DNA from: Paraphysomonas bandaiensis
Lineage: Eukaryota > Protista > Chrysophyceae
Assembly: GCA_965644295.1 (NCBI GenBank)
Contig: CBFFRP010000645.1
Coordinates: 124,001-188,000 of the forward strand
Reading direction: 5' to 3'
DNA length: 64,000 bases
Every line of letters starts with the position of its first letter. Positions within the stretch are counted from its first letter, which is position 1. Below are positions 10,812 through 24,037 of this stretch, one piece after another. The notes beneath the pieces were generated by a model. It worked only from the letters and a program-made list of their open reading frames with translations. It did no database searches and had not been told where the DNA came from. A program made the translations under genes and the position numbers.

Positions 10812-13763
10812 TCACTTTCGCACCGGGGATTTCATTACTGGGCTGGCCATATGCATTGTGCCCATGCGCATAGACGTGCGCATGCTCATACGCACACTAT
10901 TCCTCATGCTCATTCTTGTACTCATAGTGCTGCTGATTTTCATAACAGTGTCATAGAAAGTGCGAAACTCGTCAAACCCAACTTTTCCACTAGACTGAAA
11001 CGACATAGCGTTGAACACATTTTCGATATCGTTAAGTTCTTCTTCGATATTTAGAATTAAGTCATCGCTACCTTCGTCCATACATATCGCAGCCTCCTCT
11101 TCGAACATAGTGCGGAACATTGCGTCCATTTCATCTTTCGTAATCACTCCGTCTTGGTTCATGTCGAACTTCAAGAAACACACGAAGGCATCATCAATCT
11201 GATCAGATATCGAACACATGGACATCAGAGTGAGGATCAGCTCTTGATAAGAAAGGGGTGCGTCAGAGCCGTCGCACAATTTAGAATATATCTCGGCGCT
11301 AGCAAGCTCTGGCATGGCATTGTTCCTAACAAGTTCAGAAAATCCTTCATATGACACAGTATCGCGATGAGTTTTAGCGGAATGAAGTCCCTCCAAGAGT
11401 GTTGTTTTCAGAGCCCCAGCACGGATACGCGCATAGCTTTCATCTTTGAGAGAGACAATGGCTTCCAGGATCGATTCAGCACGAAGAGTCCGGTCATACT
11501 CCTCGTCGTCGTCATCTTGAAGGCTACGTAGCATTTTGCGAACGTTTCGCCTTACTGCAAGTTTTTGTATACGCTCAACATATTCGCCGTCAAATTGAGT
11601 ACCTTGTCGGGTAGTATCCGGGGCTGCCAGCCACTCGTGCTCAAGAATCTCTGAGCCACATATTCGTTCAGCTGGCTTAAGAGTAAATATGCGGCGTATC
11701 AAATCTTTGCACGCATCTGATCGGTTGTCCCATTGACCGCCAGACATAGGTGAGTACTTTCCTTTTCGAATATTAAAACTAGAAATATTGAAAGGAAGCT
11801 TTCCACAAAGCAATGTGTACAAGACAACACCAGCTTGCCAGATATCGCTCTTGGCAGAAAATGTGGCTTTCCCCGAAGTCGGAATCGACTCAGGGGCAAA
11901 GTAACCAATCGTTCCAGTGGACTGACCCTTAAATTCACTCTTACCATCATCAAGAGACACAAGAAGCCCAAAATCGATCAGTTTGATATGCCCGCACGAA
12001 GAAATCATAATGTTATCAACCTTTAAGTCCCTAACACAAAATAAAATTACAATGCAAGCAGCTCAATACTGTCACCATAAATGCAATATCATGCACGAAA
12101 TAATCATCCACACACCTATGTAGATAGCCCCTGTCATGAAGGCTCATCAAGACCGTAATTAGCTCTCTGAACACCCTGCGGATCGTATCCTCCGCAGATG
12201 CAGTCGTACTCAAATATGACAGCAAATCCGTCTCCAAATGCTCCATAACAATAACTGCAGAAATTTTCAGAGCATGGAACGATGAATCTCACAATAACAA
12301 TGCACCACGTTCATCAGCCAGATCATATCGACTACACAATATACAATATATAGTATCTTGACATATGCTGTAATGTAACTGTAGTAGCAATACTTGTTAA
12401 TAAATATACCTGGAAAATCTCCCAAGTAATTCTTATTGGGTAGCATACCCTCCACTGTATCATAGAAAAAGCCTTCCAGCTGAACAAAACCATCTACACC
12501 CTTCAACTGAGACATAACATCCACCTCAGCCTCTAGTATACTAAGCGACTCCGGATTTCGTTTAGAATAACCAAAAAATTTCAAAGCAACTTTCTTTTGT
12601 GTAGTCTTCAGAGTAGCAGGGATCACAATACCATATCCTCCAGTACCACATATCTCATCCACGTTAATAACATAGTCCTCTGGATTCACCACAAGATGAT
12701 TAAAACGATCTGGATGTATGGGAGTTGCAACAGGTTCTGATTTACATGCAGATGTTGGAGAATATACAGATTGTACACTGTATTGATCATGATATGATGA
12801 AGTTCTAATATCCTTACAATCAATATGTAATTGTGATCTATTTGAATGTACTTCATCTGATATATCAGTGTATTTCATATGATTTGATTGTATATTACAA
12901 TCATTATCATCTGTATGAGATATCTGTATATTCGTATGTATATTCCCACAATATTGAAATGCTTGAATCCACATATTCATATGTTGTAAATCAAGTGCTG
13001 CAAGTGTTAATCTTTCATCTTCAAATGGATTTATAGGACATATGATTTCAAAAGAAAATAATCTTCCGGAACGTTCTTTAGGTACTTGATGTACTGTACA
13101 ATTTGATACTATAATTGATCCACGTAGTGAGTATTTTCTATAGGATACATACATAGTATTACATACATAACTTAAGAGAGAATACATATATATATGATAC
13201 TGCAGTACATTACACAAGATACAGCAGTACACCATGATACAGCAGTACATAAAGATACATACATTACACAAGATATAGCAGTACACCATGATATAGCAGT
13301 ACATAAAGATACATACATTACACATGATGATACTGCAGTACATTACACATACTATAGCAGTACATATGATACATACATTACACAAGATACAGCAGTACAC
13401 ATGCTATAGCAGTACATACATACCCGTGATTATGAGCATAATACTGAAGTGTTCCAGTATGAGTGTCCAATTTACAGTATCTGTGTCCCCATCTATATAT
13501 AGAGAGAGTGTGTGTATTTATATATAGGAATATACGTATATAATATTCACTTACGGTTTAATAAAAGATACACTTTTTCCTCTACCTCGTTTATATAAAT
13601 ACCCTTCAACTATCCTCTGTATTGGCGTATCTATAGGTAATGAAGTCTCTGTAGGATCTGTTGTATGAAATACACTCTGTGGGATAGTAATTGAATTATC
13701 ATTAACCTCCGCTGTACGAAGAGATTTTCGTGTAAATTGAGTAATCTTATCTCGAAATGACAT
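10812..13763 (-). CDS. PH domain + Ser/Thr kinase + EF-hand protein (CDPK-like); exons 13763-13555, 13492-13424, 13137-12410, 12254-12116, 12030-10812
   Basis: PH: EGYLYKRG...KPWGHRYC...WIQAF. Kinase: GTGGYG, VALK, HRDLKVDN, DFG, APE, DIWQAGV. EF hand: DMNQDGVITKDE. All junctions are GT-AG and in frame. Confidence 0.9.
13190..13420. repeat. Intronic degenerate minisatellite (about 54-bp unit built from gatacagcagtaca subunits)
   Basis: Repeated acattacacaagatacagcagtacaccatgat blocks in intron 2 of the kinase gene. Confidence 0.8.
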
Positions 13764-13904
13764 GAGTAATAATCTGTATATATATCATATATGCATATAT
13801 GTGAATAGTATAGCAGTCAACTCCTATCACACCATGCATATTCCAGCAATAATTGGTGATCAACGGACACATCCAACTATACACTGTACAGCAGAGGTTT
13901 ACAT

Positions 13905-14225
13905 ATAATTCAGTGTTTTTTTGTATATTTCTTCTTTATATCATTGAAAAGTCATCGTTTTTTCATTAAAAAGTCACTTTTTTCACTTTTCACTGAAAAA
14001 ACGATGACTTTTCAATGAAATAAATGCACAACCACCCCCACATCTAAAATCCATGAAATATATAAAAACTCCAACACATCCTATAAAATCGATAACCATA
14101 CAGTGTCCACCATACAGCAGAATCGTATATCCCCATTTTTTTTGTTATCTGAAGTTTTCATATATTCAGTGTTTTTTTGTTTATTTCTTGGGGGTTTTAT
14201 ATACTTCATGGATTTTAGATCTGTA
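13905..14225. repeat. Cluster of inverted repeats (MITE/foldback-like)
   Basis: Perfect 25-bp IR at 13941-13965/13994-14018. Imperfect IR at 14042-14069/14193-14220. Direct repeat ttcagtgtttttttgt at about 13908 and 14165. Confidence 0.65.
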
Positions 14226-15955
14226 TATAGCGGATTTTCATAGTTCACTCACAATATATCACGAATTTTAGATATTTGCTTCCAGATTTTGGTGTACATG
14301 TGTATTCTCCTTTAGCTTTTCCTCACTTTTTTGATGAAAGTGCGGAATACTCGAATCTGGTACACCAAAATTATAATGGACTTTACCCAAATTCTACAAC
14401 AGCATTGTGGAGCCCACTCCCATTATACAGATAGCCATGTACACAGTACACTAGAGTGTTCATCAGTAAGACTTTCAAGTTCTATAGCACATAAGATTGA
14501 AGATATTATCATCTCAATACAATTATCAGTTACACACTCAATAGTGTTGCATTCACTTGTATCTGATATAGTAAACTCGTGTTGCTATGTATGTATGTAT
14601 ATATGCACTCTATTAGTACCATACATCACCTACTGTATAGTGTAGTATACAGCTGTATATCATCAAGCCAACCTTTCAGTCCAACGACTCTCAATCTCTT
14701 TCTATATATATATATACATATGAGGATGTGTTTCTCTTTGTTTCACATCTGAACCTCCTCATATTAACATATCCTGATAGACTTTACAGAATATTTCAGA
14801 TAAAGGGTTGTTGGAAGTAGTATGTAAGTTTGCTAAAGAGTTGTGAGAGTTTGCTTTCATGTCACAACTTTGTTTATAACTTCGAAATAATTCATCCCCG
14901 TATGCGATACATGATACCAGTTGTCAGATAGGAGTGGACTGTATAGGAGCTGCATATTACCCTATGCAGCTAAGTAGTAGCATACAGTGTATGTGAATTG
15001 TGAACAGTAAGCTACTGTATGATAGTATAGTATTCCATTACTCGATGTGATGACATTATAAATCATAAATGTATACAATGCAATATATGGTATCTTAGAG
15101 TAATGTAAGGACATACATACGGCTAAGGTGTAGTCTGGGCGTACTCCAGTGATAATAAGAACAAATGGAAACATGAGTCACTAATATCACCGATAAGAAT
15201 CTCTAATAGCATTAAGTTGTATTACTCTACTCTACATCGAATTGCTAATTCGTGAAATGTCCAACAATAGAAGAGCATCACTGTTGTATTTGCAAATAGG
15301 AGTAAATGTCTTGTAACAGAACGTAATGATTACTCAATGCTTTAATTATAATTAGTAACATTGAGATCAGTACCACTTATAATCCATTTGTTGAATTACC
15401 TAGTCACACTAAGTTTGGTGTAAAATCCTAATCATAGTAATACATAATTCAATATCATCTAGTAGTTAAAGTCAAATTATTAGCAATAGGCGTTTAAGAA
15501 TCAAAACTAATATAGGAGTGCAATTTAACAATTTAAGTAACTTGTGCTTAACTTTGATATCCTACTACTGCTTGTGCGTCACCGCAAGCACCAAAGTGCA
15601 ACCTGATATCTTTTGAGTTCTCAGCGTTGATACAGTTGTGCCAGTCGTGACACCTTCTTGCGTTGCGCAGTCGCATCAAAACCAGTTATGAGTAGGGTCA
15701 CTTCAGTACTATATTCTGTGTCTTGTACCTTATTATTGGTTCGGAGTGTTTTGTGTTATTGCCAACCATGACTATAATGTGGTTGTAAGGTATAAAACCG
15801 ACTGTAATGTAAACAACACCAAATTGCTACACCTATGTCTTATTTCTTATTACAACACTGCAACCCAACAAAATCTGATTCGATGATCGAACTATAAAAT
15901 ATCAACATAATCCAGTTTCTTGTGATAGGCCGCTTCTACATTACATGCAGTCAGC

Positions 15956-18205
15956 TCATGCGCTCTGAGGAGGGTTATGCCTCTGGCTGCGTGACTGACG
16001 TCCCCCGCCTCTTCCACCTCGCCTGCTGTGACCCCCTCTGTCACCTTTCTTTCCCCCGTCAGATTGGTCTGATAAAATGCAACCAATTACATAAACATCA
16101 CGACCAGAAAAATTCATGCTAAGGCAGCAGTGCACAGTGACAATAGAAAAACAACTGACCTATTCCCGATCCCCCCGAGGTACCAGAGTCTTCATTTTGC
16201 TGTTGCCTTTTATTGGGTGGTGGTCTGGCCTTCTTGGGTCTGCGGGGAGCTGATTTTTGGGATGAATTGTCACTTCCGGCCCCTGGCTTTGCTGCTGTAT
16301 CAGACCCACTCGGCAGTTTAGACTCAGACTTCGTGTCCAATGAACCTCCATCTTCAGCCTGAGGTTTCTTCAGTAGCATCTTGACAACGCGGGCACCTGA
16401 TGCAGGCTCCGAACCGTCATCTCGTTTCTACATTAACATAGGTCAGCTCAACAATTGATTTAAGAGAAATACCAAACAGCAACACCATTTCTATTTCGAA
16501 AGAGCATATTACCTTGAGAAGAACTGTAGGTTTGGACACACCTCCGGCAGTAGAGTCTGTATATCAAGAATTCAAGTATCAGCAATATAATGACACCAGT
16601 CAACGAACCGAGAAGGCAAAATAGGTGTGACACAACGCAACGGCAAAATAACGATAAAAGTGCACAGCTCACCTTTCCCTTTGCTGGATCCTTTCTTTTC
16701 ATTAGATGATTTCGATTTCGCCCCAGAACCCTTCGATTGGGCTCTAAGTGACTTCTTCTTTTCAAAAGCCGCTCGATTCTCCGCCTGTTTCTTCCTAGCT
16801 TTTTCTTTCAGGAACTGTAGCAGGGGGTTGAACTGTACATCGAAAACATTTAAAACTACAGTTTAAACCACTGTCACACCACTTTCTGTGGATCTGGACA
16901 TCACAAAGGAAACAATACTGTGTCAATACTCAAGGCATATCAAGTCAGTTATCAACACATCAAGGCCGAAGCACATATTAGAGAATATACCCTACCTTTG
17001 CAGGATCGTGCTTCTCAGCCTTTTTCCCCTCAGCAGTGGCTGCTAATTTCTCTCGTTGGTCAAGTTGAACCTCTGCGCTGGGCACAGTCGTTGGAGGAGC
17101 CTTCATTCGCTCGCAAAACGCCGCAAAGTCAGAATCAGACGACACAGTTCCATTAAGTCTATCTATCCGACCCTGAACACACAAATAGTCATTAAAGGCA
17201 TATCAGTAAAACTTTCGAAATAAGTAATCGTATAACTACCCATACAGAATACATTATTCTAGGTAGCAGCATACATGCCGACTGAGTAATGGAGGTGATA
17301 GTACATACAGTGAGTTCATATGAAGATAAATATAACATTCGATTTACACAGTACCTTGGCTTTGTATCGCTTCTGATAAGGAGCTAAGGAAACTATCGGT
17401 TGGGCATCTTCTACATCGCCTATTATTCACATTAGGGGGTTATATCACCACAATATATTACATCACCATAATAAATATATCACCATAGCATATTATAAAA
17501 CACCAGCGATATATAACTATAGGGGTATATATAGCTAAAATATAACTACAAAATTACTATATAACTATAGAGGTATATGTAACTATATAACTATAGGGTT
17601 ATATAACTATATGAAATATACTACATACAATATAACTATAGGGGTAACATAACTACAGGGTAATACGACTATATAGCTATAGGGGTATACATAACACATA
17701 TATAACTATATGTATATATAACTAGAGGGGTATATATAGCTATAGGGGTACATTATATAACAGATCTACAGTAGTTTACCTGGTAAAAACTGCACACGTG
17801 ATGGACAATCTCGCATAAAAGTAACCAATGCATCATCATTATCAATACTAATAAATCCTGCAGCACTAATCGGTCCTCTTTTACGACTATATTAATACAA
17901 ATTTGTAATATTTTTTTATAAGACAAAAATTAAAATTTTACATACCTTAATTTTCCAGGCATAAAATGTAATATTTGTACATTCTCTGATGGAATATTTA
18001 ATGACAAAATTACATTATTTAAACATTCTTTAAAATTATTTTCAGTAAAATTATTTGATGGAAGTTTACGTATAATAATTTTATAAAATTTCTTTTTAAT
18101 TTCTTCTTTGGATTTTATATTCCGTTTTCTTGGAAATTTATTTCCTTTCTTTCCTTTATTTCCATCCTCAGTTTTTTCATTCATAGATATATGCTCTTCT
18201 GTCAT
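15956..18205 (-). CDS. UPF3: Nonsense-mediated decay factor UPF3 (Smg4/UPF3 family), multi-exon
   Basis: KIIIRKLP, PGKL, PIVSLAPYQK, DRLNGTVSSDSDFAAF, PSAEVQLD, NPLLQFLKEK, followed by a Lys/Arg/Gly-rich tail ending in TGA at 15956. Confidence 0.8.
17500..17760. repeat. Intronic degenerate tataactataggggta repeats
   Basis: About 10 imperfect copies inside a UPF3 intron. Confidence 0.65.
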
Positions 18206-18288
18206 TGTAATATATGAATATGTATGTATAGGGAATGGAAGAGAAGTGAGAGTACGTGAATTGAATGAAGTGTAATGAAGAATGAAGT

Positions 18289-18900
18289 GTATGTATGTAT
18301 GTATGTATGTATGTATGTATGTATGTATGTATGTATGTATGTATGTATGTATGTATGTATGTATGTATGTATGTATGTATGTATGTATGTATGTATGTAT
18401 GTCTGTATGTATGTATGTATGTATGTATGTATGTATGTATGTATGTATGTATGTATGTATGTATGTATGTATGTATGTATGTATGTATGTCTGTATGTAT
18501 GTATGTATGTACATGTATGTATGTATGTATGTATGTATGTATGTATGTATGTATGTATGTATGTATGTATGTATGTATGTATGTATGTATGTATGTATGT
18601 ATGTATGTATGTATGTATGTATGTATGTATGTATGTATGTATGTATGTATGTATGTATGTATGTATGTATGTATGTATGTATGTATGTATGTATGTATGT
18701 ATGTATGTATGTATGTATGTATGTATGTATGTATGTATGTATGTATGTATGTATGTATGTATGTATGTATGTATATATGTATGTATGTATGTACTGTATG
18801 TATGTATGTATGTATGTATGTATGTATGTATGTATGTATGTATGTATGTATGTATGTATGTATGTATGTATGTATGTATGTATGTATGTATGTATGTACA
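18289..18900. repeat. (TATG)n microsatellite, about 0.6 kb
   Basis: Directly visible. Confidence 0.99.
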
Positions 18901-20942
18901 TATGTAGGGTTTTATTGGAAATTTATGGGGTATATATGCAATACAGAGTTTTTTGTAGAAGAAATGGTGTTATTTGCAGGTGTGTGGTGTTTATCACTAC
19001 TCTGCAGTTGTTGTGTTGTACACAGGAGTTGTACTCTGCTGTATACCCATCAACTGCTGCATATGATATGACATGGTTTATATTGATCAGATAATACATA
19101 TAGGTATACAGAAAATACAGAGAATTCACAGCAAGGCACATACACGTCTCGGCGCATAGCTAACTCTACTATGCATCACTGCATCACATGAGCTCCTTAG
19201 TATATACGACAAGATGCTATTCCAGCATATCAGTCTTCATTATCAAGATAGAAATCTATATCCCTCTTCATTATTATTTCAATAATATGATTGTTTGATG
19301 TGTACTGTATATAGGACAGTGGAGTTTCTAATGTCCCATAAGGACATAGAAACTGTAATTGATTGAATTAATACAGATCAAATACATGTTCTTCGAAACA
19401 CAAGAAATAGCAGCTGATTTTCATCATTAAATCGATTAAGGTATTCATCAGGGGGTTTTGTTCAGGTTTCCATTCGGATAACTCCGTTCAATCACGCCTC
19501 TAAAGTCAGGAAGGGTCCGCGTATGAGTCTATCGTGATGCTCACTTGATTATTAACTAACTGAAGTATCATCACTATTATACAGAGTATCTGTTATGAGT
19601 ACAGCTTCTATGGATATCAGAAGTCGCAGTAAATTAAACTTGGTGAGATCATCTTGTTAATTCATCCATCATATGGAAAATGTTGCATATCTATGGGCCC
19701 CTTGCTTAATAGATCTACTTGGGCACGTTGACTATACGTAAAAGTTATTATGGGCTTTAAGTTCTGCAGTTTCCCACACTTTTTCTTTTGAAGAACGTAC
19801 TTGCGAAACTTGCAAAATGTTTGACACAGAACCCTCATGATACCAGATCAACTGCCGATGACATTCCACTTGTTTGACACGCGAAAGTAATTCATACAAT
19901 GATAGGTATTGACCTGATAGTAGTATTGCTTTTACATTGAGCGATAATCATGAGCTATATCTTATTGTGGTTGTGGGGGTGGAATGAGAAAAGAACACTT
20001 TGCATTGGCTGGATATACCACTTCATCGACTGGTTAATTTTCTCAGGGGTCGTAACATGTATATATGTATATTGCAGCATATGTATATATATGACTGCAT
20101 ATGTGTATATATATTACTGTGTCTATCCCAACCTCTTCTCAGAGATCAGTTCCACACTGATATATGACATGACTGTATTGTTTCCCATAACGTTACAATA
20201 TATTGCAACAGTGTAATACACGCAGTAATATAGTCGTGTATAATACATCTATTAGTATGTATTTGGACCGTAGTATAAGTATAGTAGTATAGTAATATAG
20301 ATGTTGGGCTTCAATACTACTAATCATTTGTGAAATATTGTCCCTGGCTCTGTGGAGCGGATAATAGGAGAATTATTAACCTGGATTAACTTCTTATGTT
20401 ATACTCGCAATCCCTTTCTTCTGTAGCCATCATTGTAGTTATATCAGTGACAGAAACGGTTCTAGACACCTGACCAATGACCAACAGGTAGCTACATTAT
20501 GTCATTATATTCTCTCACTTTGGTGTATAGTGTATATTGATTAGGCTTTGAAGTATGGCTTATCTATTATTAAACGTCGGTAACATAAAATACAGTAAAC
20601 TATTCTCTCATCACCTGCAAAGGCTTGATACATATTGATTTTAGTTAGCTCGAATCTATTGAGGCTTTTTAGCTATAGTAGAGGCACAGCGAATTGGCTG
20701 TTCTTTTGTTATGCATCTTTAAAAAATATTCCGTGTTAAATTAGTTTCAGCTTAGTCAAATACAATGTTAATTAAGTGTGAAAAATTCAACAGTTAGAGA
20801 AATAGGCAGACTTCTGCACAAAAAATATCTAAACGAATACACCCATTTACAAAATGTTGTTGTTATCTACTGCACACCTGTACACTGGCCACAAAACAGC
20901 CCCAAATTCGTAAGACGAAAGAAAATATAACGCGAAAGTATT

Positions 20943-23085
20943 TTAACGATGTCTATTGTAGCGTGAACCCGAGCTACGGATAATACACCAACGTCTTCTG
21001 CTACCCCGGAAAGTTAACACACTGCAACGTAAGGGCAATGTCACGAGGCCCATCCTGAACGAAGTGGGTAAATACAGCGCACACAAAGAAAAAGTAGGCA
21101 ATACACCGGCGAAACCACTACTCACAACAGTATAGCGCACACAGGATTTCAAATAAATGATTACATCACACAGGCGACCATATAGCAAAGTACATATATT
21201 CAGGGAGATATAAATCTTACATATGTTCGAAGGTCTGATCATCGCTGCTTGTGATTTGGGTCTCTTTATTTTGCTTTGTGGTATATGCAATGAAGGCGTC
21301 CCTCCTACAGCATTAAACGATGTCGCCGATTTGAGTTTGACACTACTGATAGATGATTTCCGCAATGGCAGTGTACTCGCTAGGTCTATATCGTACGGCT
21401 CGTCATCGTCGTCATCAACGCAGTCTGTAAGGTGCAGCGGGCGAGAGCTGTGCAAACTGTAGCCTGACTGACTATGAGAGCCATGACGGCCTAAGTGAGT
21501 GCTATCGTATACATCTGTGTGGCTATACGTCGCATCATAGCTATCCTGACTTCCTTCATCCACGTATTCACAGCCTTCAATGTCACAATCCAACGGCTGT
21601 TCCCAGGTGGACTGACCAGTCTCGTTGTTATAGTAGTAATCCGCGCCATCATATGCTGTGCACTTGCTCCAGCTGCTACGTGGTCTCAGACTCGAGCTCT
21701 TCCAGTTGTCCGACACCCTTTGCTGTTGTTTGGACGGTCGGTTTAAGGCATCACCATTACTATCGTATAGTGTGCCTCCACTGTACTCAGTGTCATAATC
21801 GGCATGATCACAATGCGTCACGCCACTATCACCATAGGTGCTTCCGTAGGCGTTAGTATCACTAGTCTTTAGTGTAGCGATTCCAGTAGGTACATGTGTG
21901 TCTTCAAAATCGACGTAGCCATGAGACCACAGAGCATTGTTGTCGACCTGCAAACAGCATCATCAATATAACAGAGTACATAATATACGGGCACGTATTC
22001 ATTATAACCATATCTAACACACATCATACTACACATATCTCACCATATACTATACGGGCACAGATACGGCACTCATCACATTACTATACATAACACCATA
22101 CATCACACTACATACATATCTAACCATCACTACATACCTCTCCATATCCATCTTCATCTTCATCATAGTTCCCATCTATACTATATTTATCTGCCTCTCC
22201 ATCATCATCAGCAGCATCATTATCTATCCAACTTAATGATTTTCTTATATAATTCTCTTCATCATATGATTCATAGATCTCAACATTATCATATGATGTA
22301 TTTTCATGGTCATTCTTTATATACATTGATGTATTATATGATACAGTCGTATGCTCATACTGCTGTTGCTGTATATCATCCTCTGCAGTGTTCCAGGCAC
22401 ACTCTGATCGTTCCTTATGTAGTGTATGAGTATCTTCATCATCTAATGTTTCATATAAAGCACTTGTCATTAAATTATTAGGTATTGAATTGGAATTATT
22501 GGAGACTGGAATTTTCTTTGAATGTTCCTCATTAGAGCCTTGTGTAGATTCCTGTATAGGGTCCAGTATAGGGTCCTGTAGAGAGCCCTGTATAGGGTCC
22601 TGTAGAGAGCCCTGTATAGGGTCCTGTGTAGGGTCCTGTAGAGAGCCCTGTATAGGGTCCTGTATAGGGTCCTGAATGTCAGCCAATTGACCATCCGGTT
22701 GATTACAAGAAGTTTGATCATCTTCACAGGTCACTGATTCATTGTATGATTTATCAGTATGTGAATATGATATTGATTTCTTCATATCTTTCATAGTCAT
22801 ATCCATATATGTAATACATGTATTATCATGTGTATTAGGTGTATGTATATCATCTATAGGTAATGGTTTCATACTACTACTTGCATGTGATGTCATATCA
22901 GTAGTCTCACTATGTATACTTATACGATGTATTACAGGAGGTTTATTGATCACAACACATTCATTGACTTCATCACTATCATAACTTAAACCTTGTTGTG
23001 ACCGGACAACTGATACAGTACTGTATTCCGTTGTTACAGCAATTTTACGTCGTGATATATCAAAACATTTAAACCAACTTTTCAT
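20943..23085 (-). CDS. Low-complexity acidic protein with one WW domain (at least 2 exons; 3' end uncertain)
   Basis: WSKCTAYDGADYYYNNETGQSTWEQP is a WW domain. Exon 1 is 23085 to about 22138 and exon 2 starts at about 21949; a likely donor at 21220 leaves the last exon unresolved. Confidence 0.7.
22550..22675 (-). repeat. Coding 12/24-bp tandem repeat (QDPIQGSL)n
   Basis: Repeated cctgtatagggtcctgtagagagc, in frame in the WW gene. Confidence 0.85.
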
Positions 23086-23439
23086 AATTATATAGATATA
23101 TGAATTAACTTATCATAGTGATTATAGATATCTGTGAATATCAGAAAATAGAAGTGTCATTAGTTGTATGTGAAAGGTTCATAGATAATAGTGTGTTATT
23201 ATATAGAGAACAGTGTGAGTTTGACTGGGGTATGAATGTATGGTAAGTACTTGACTGGTGTACTGCTGTACGGTACTATACTGGAATGTACCATATGATA
23301 TGTACTGCTGTACAGTGCTATATGTGGTACAGTATACAAGTATAACTACTATTGTATGGTACGTACGGACTGGTAATGAAACACCCGTATATATATATAT
23401 ATACTGTTCATATGTAAGTATATCATCTCCCCATATATG

Positions 23440-23730
23440 TAGAATACCGTCATGTCTTATCTATGAAACCCCCCATATCAAACTATAATACAGAGTATAC
23501 AACTTTCAAGTACGTTGAAGTACGTAATATACTAGTATATCACAGGGATCTATATCTATATATATTTTAGAATACCGTCAACTTATCTATGAAATCCTTC
23601 ATATCCTATAAGAATACAGTGTATACAGTTCTCAAGTACGTAATTGTCACAAGGGAATCCTTCTCTATACTTAGAATACCGTCATCTTATCTATGAAATT
23701 CTTCATATCATATGAGAATACAGTGTATAC
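23440..23730. repeat. Three diverged about 100-130-bp direct repeats in the divergent WW/histidine kinase intergenic region
   Basis: agaataccgtca..cttatctatgaaa..catatc..aatacag(a/t)gtatac at about 23441, 23569 and 23673. Confidence 0.75.
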
Positions 23731-24037
23731 CGGAGATTTCCCTCAATTTCAACCATCGTCATTATAGTCATATGGACCCTGTGGACCTTCACCTCTACAC
23801 AGTTTTCATACATAAGCCTCATTATCTTAATGATGTCATTCATCATAGTACGATCATATGAAATATAACACAATTACTCTCATATGTTCAATGGAGAGAT
23901 AACCCTTTTATTACTATATATCACTGTCATTACATCTCATTCTATTCATATGAATATATACATATGCACATACACATACATACACTAGATCGAACTTGAT
24001 ATATACACATATATACAACTTTATATCCATTAAACAG

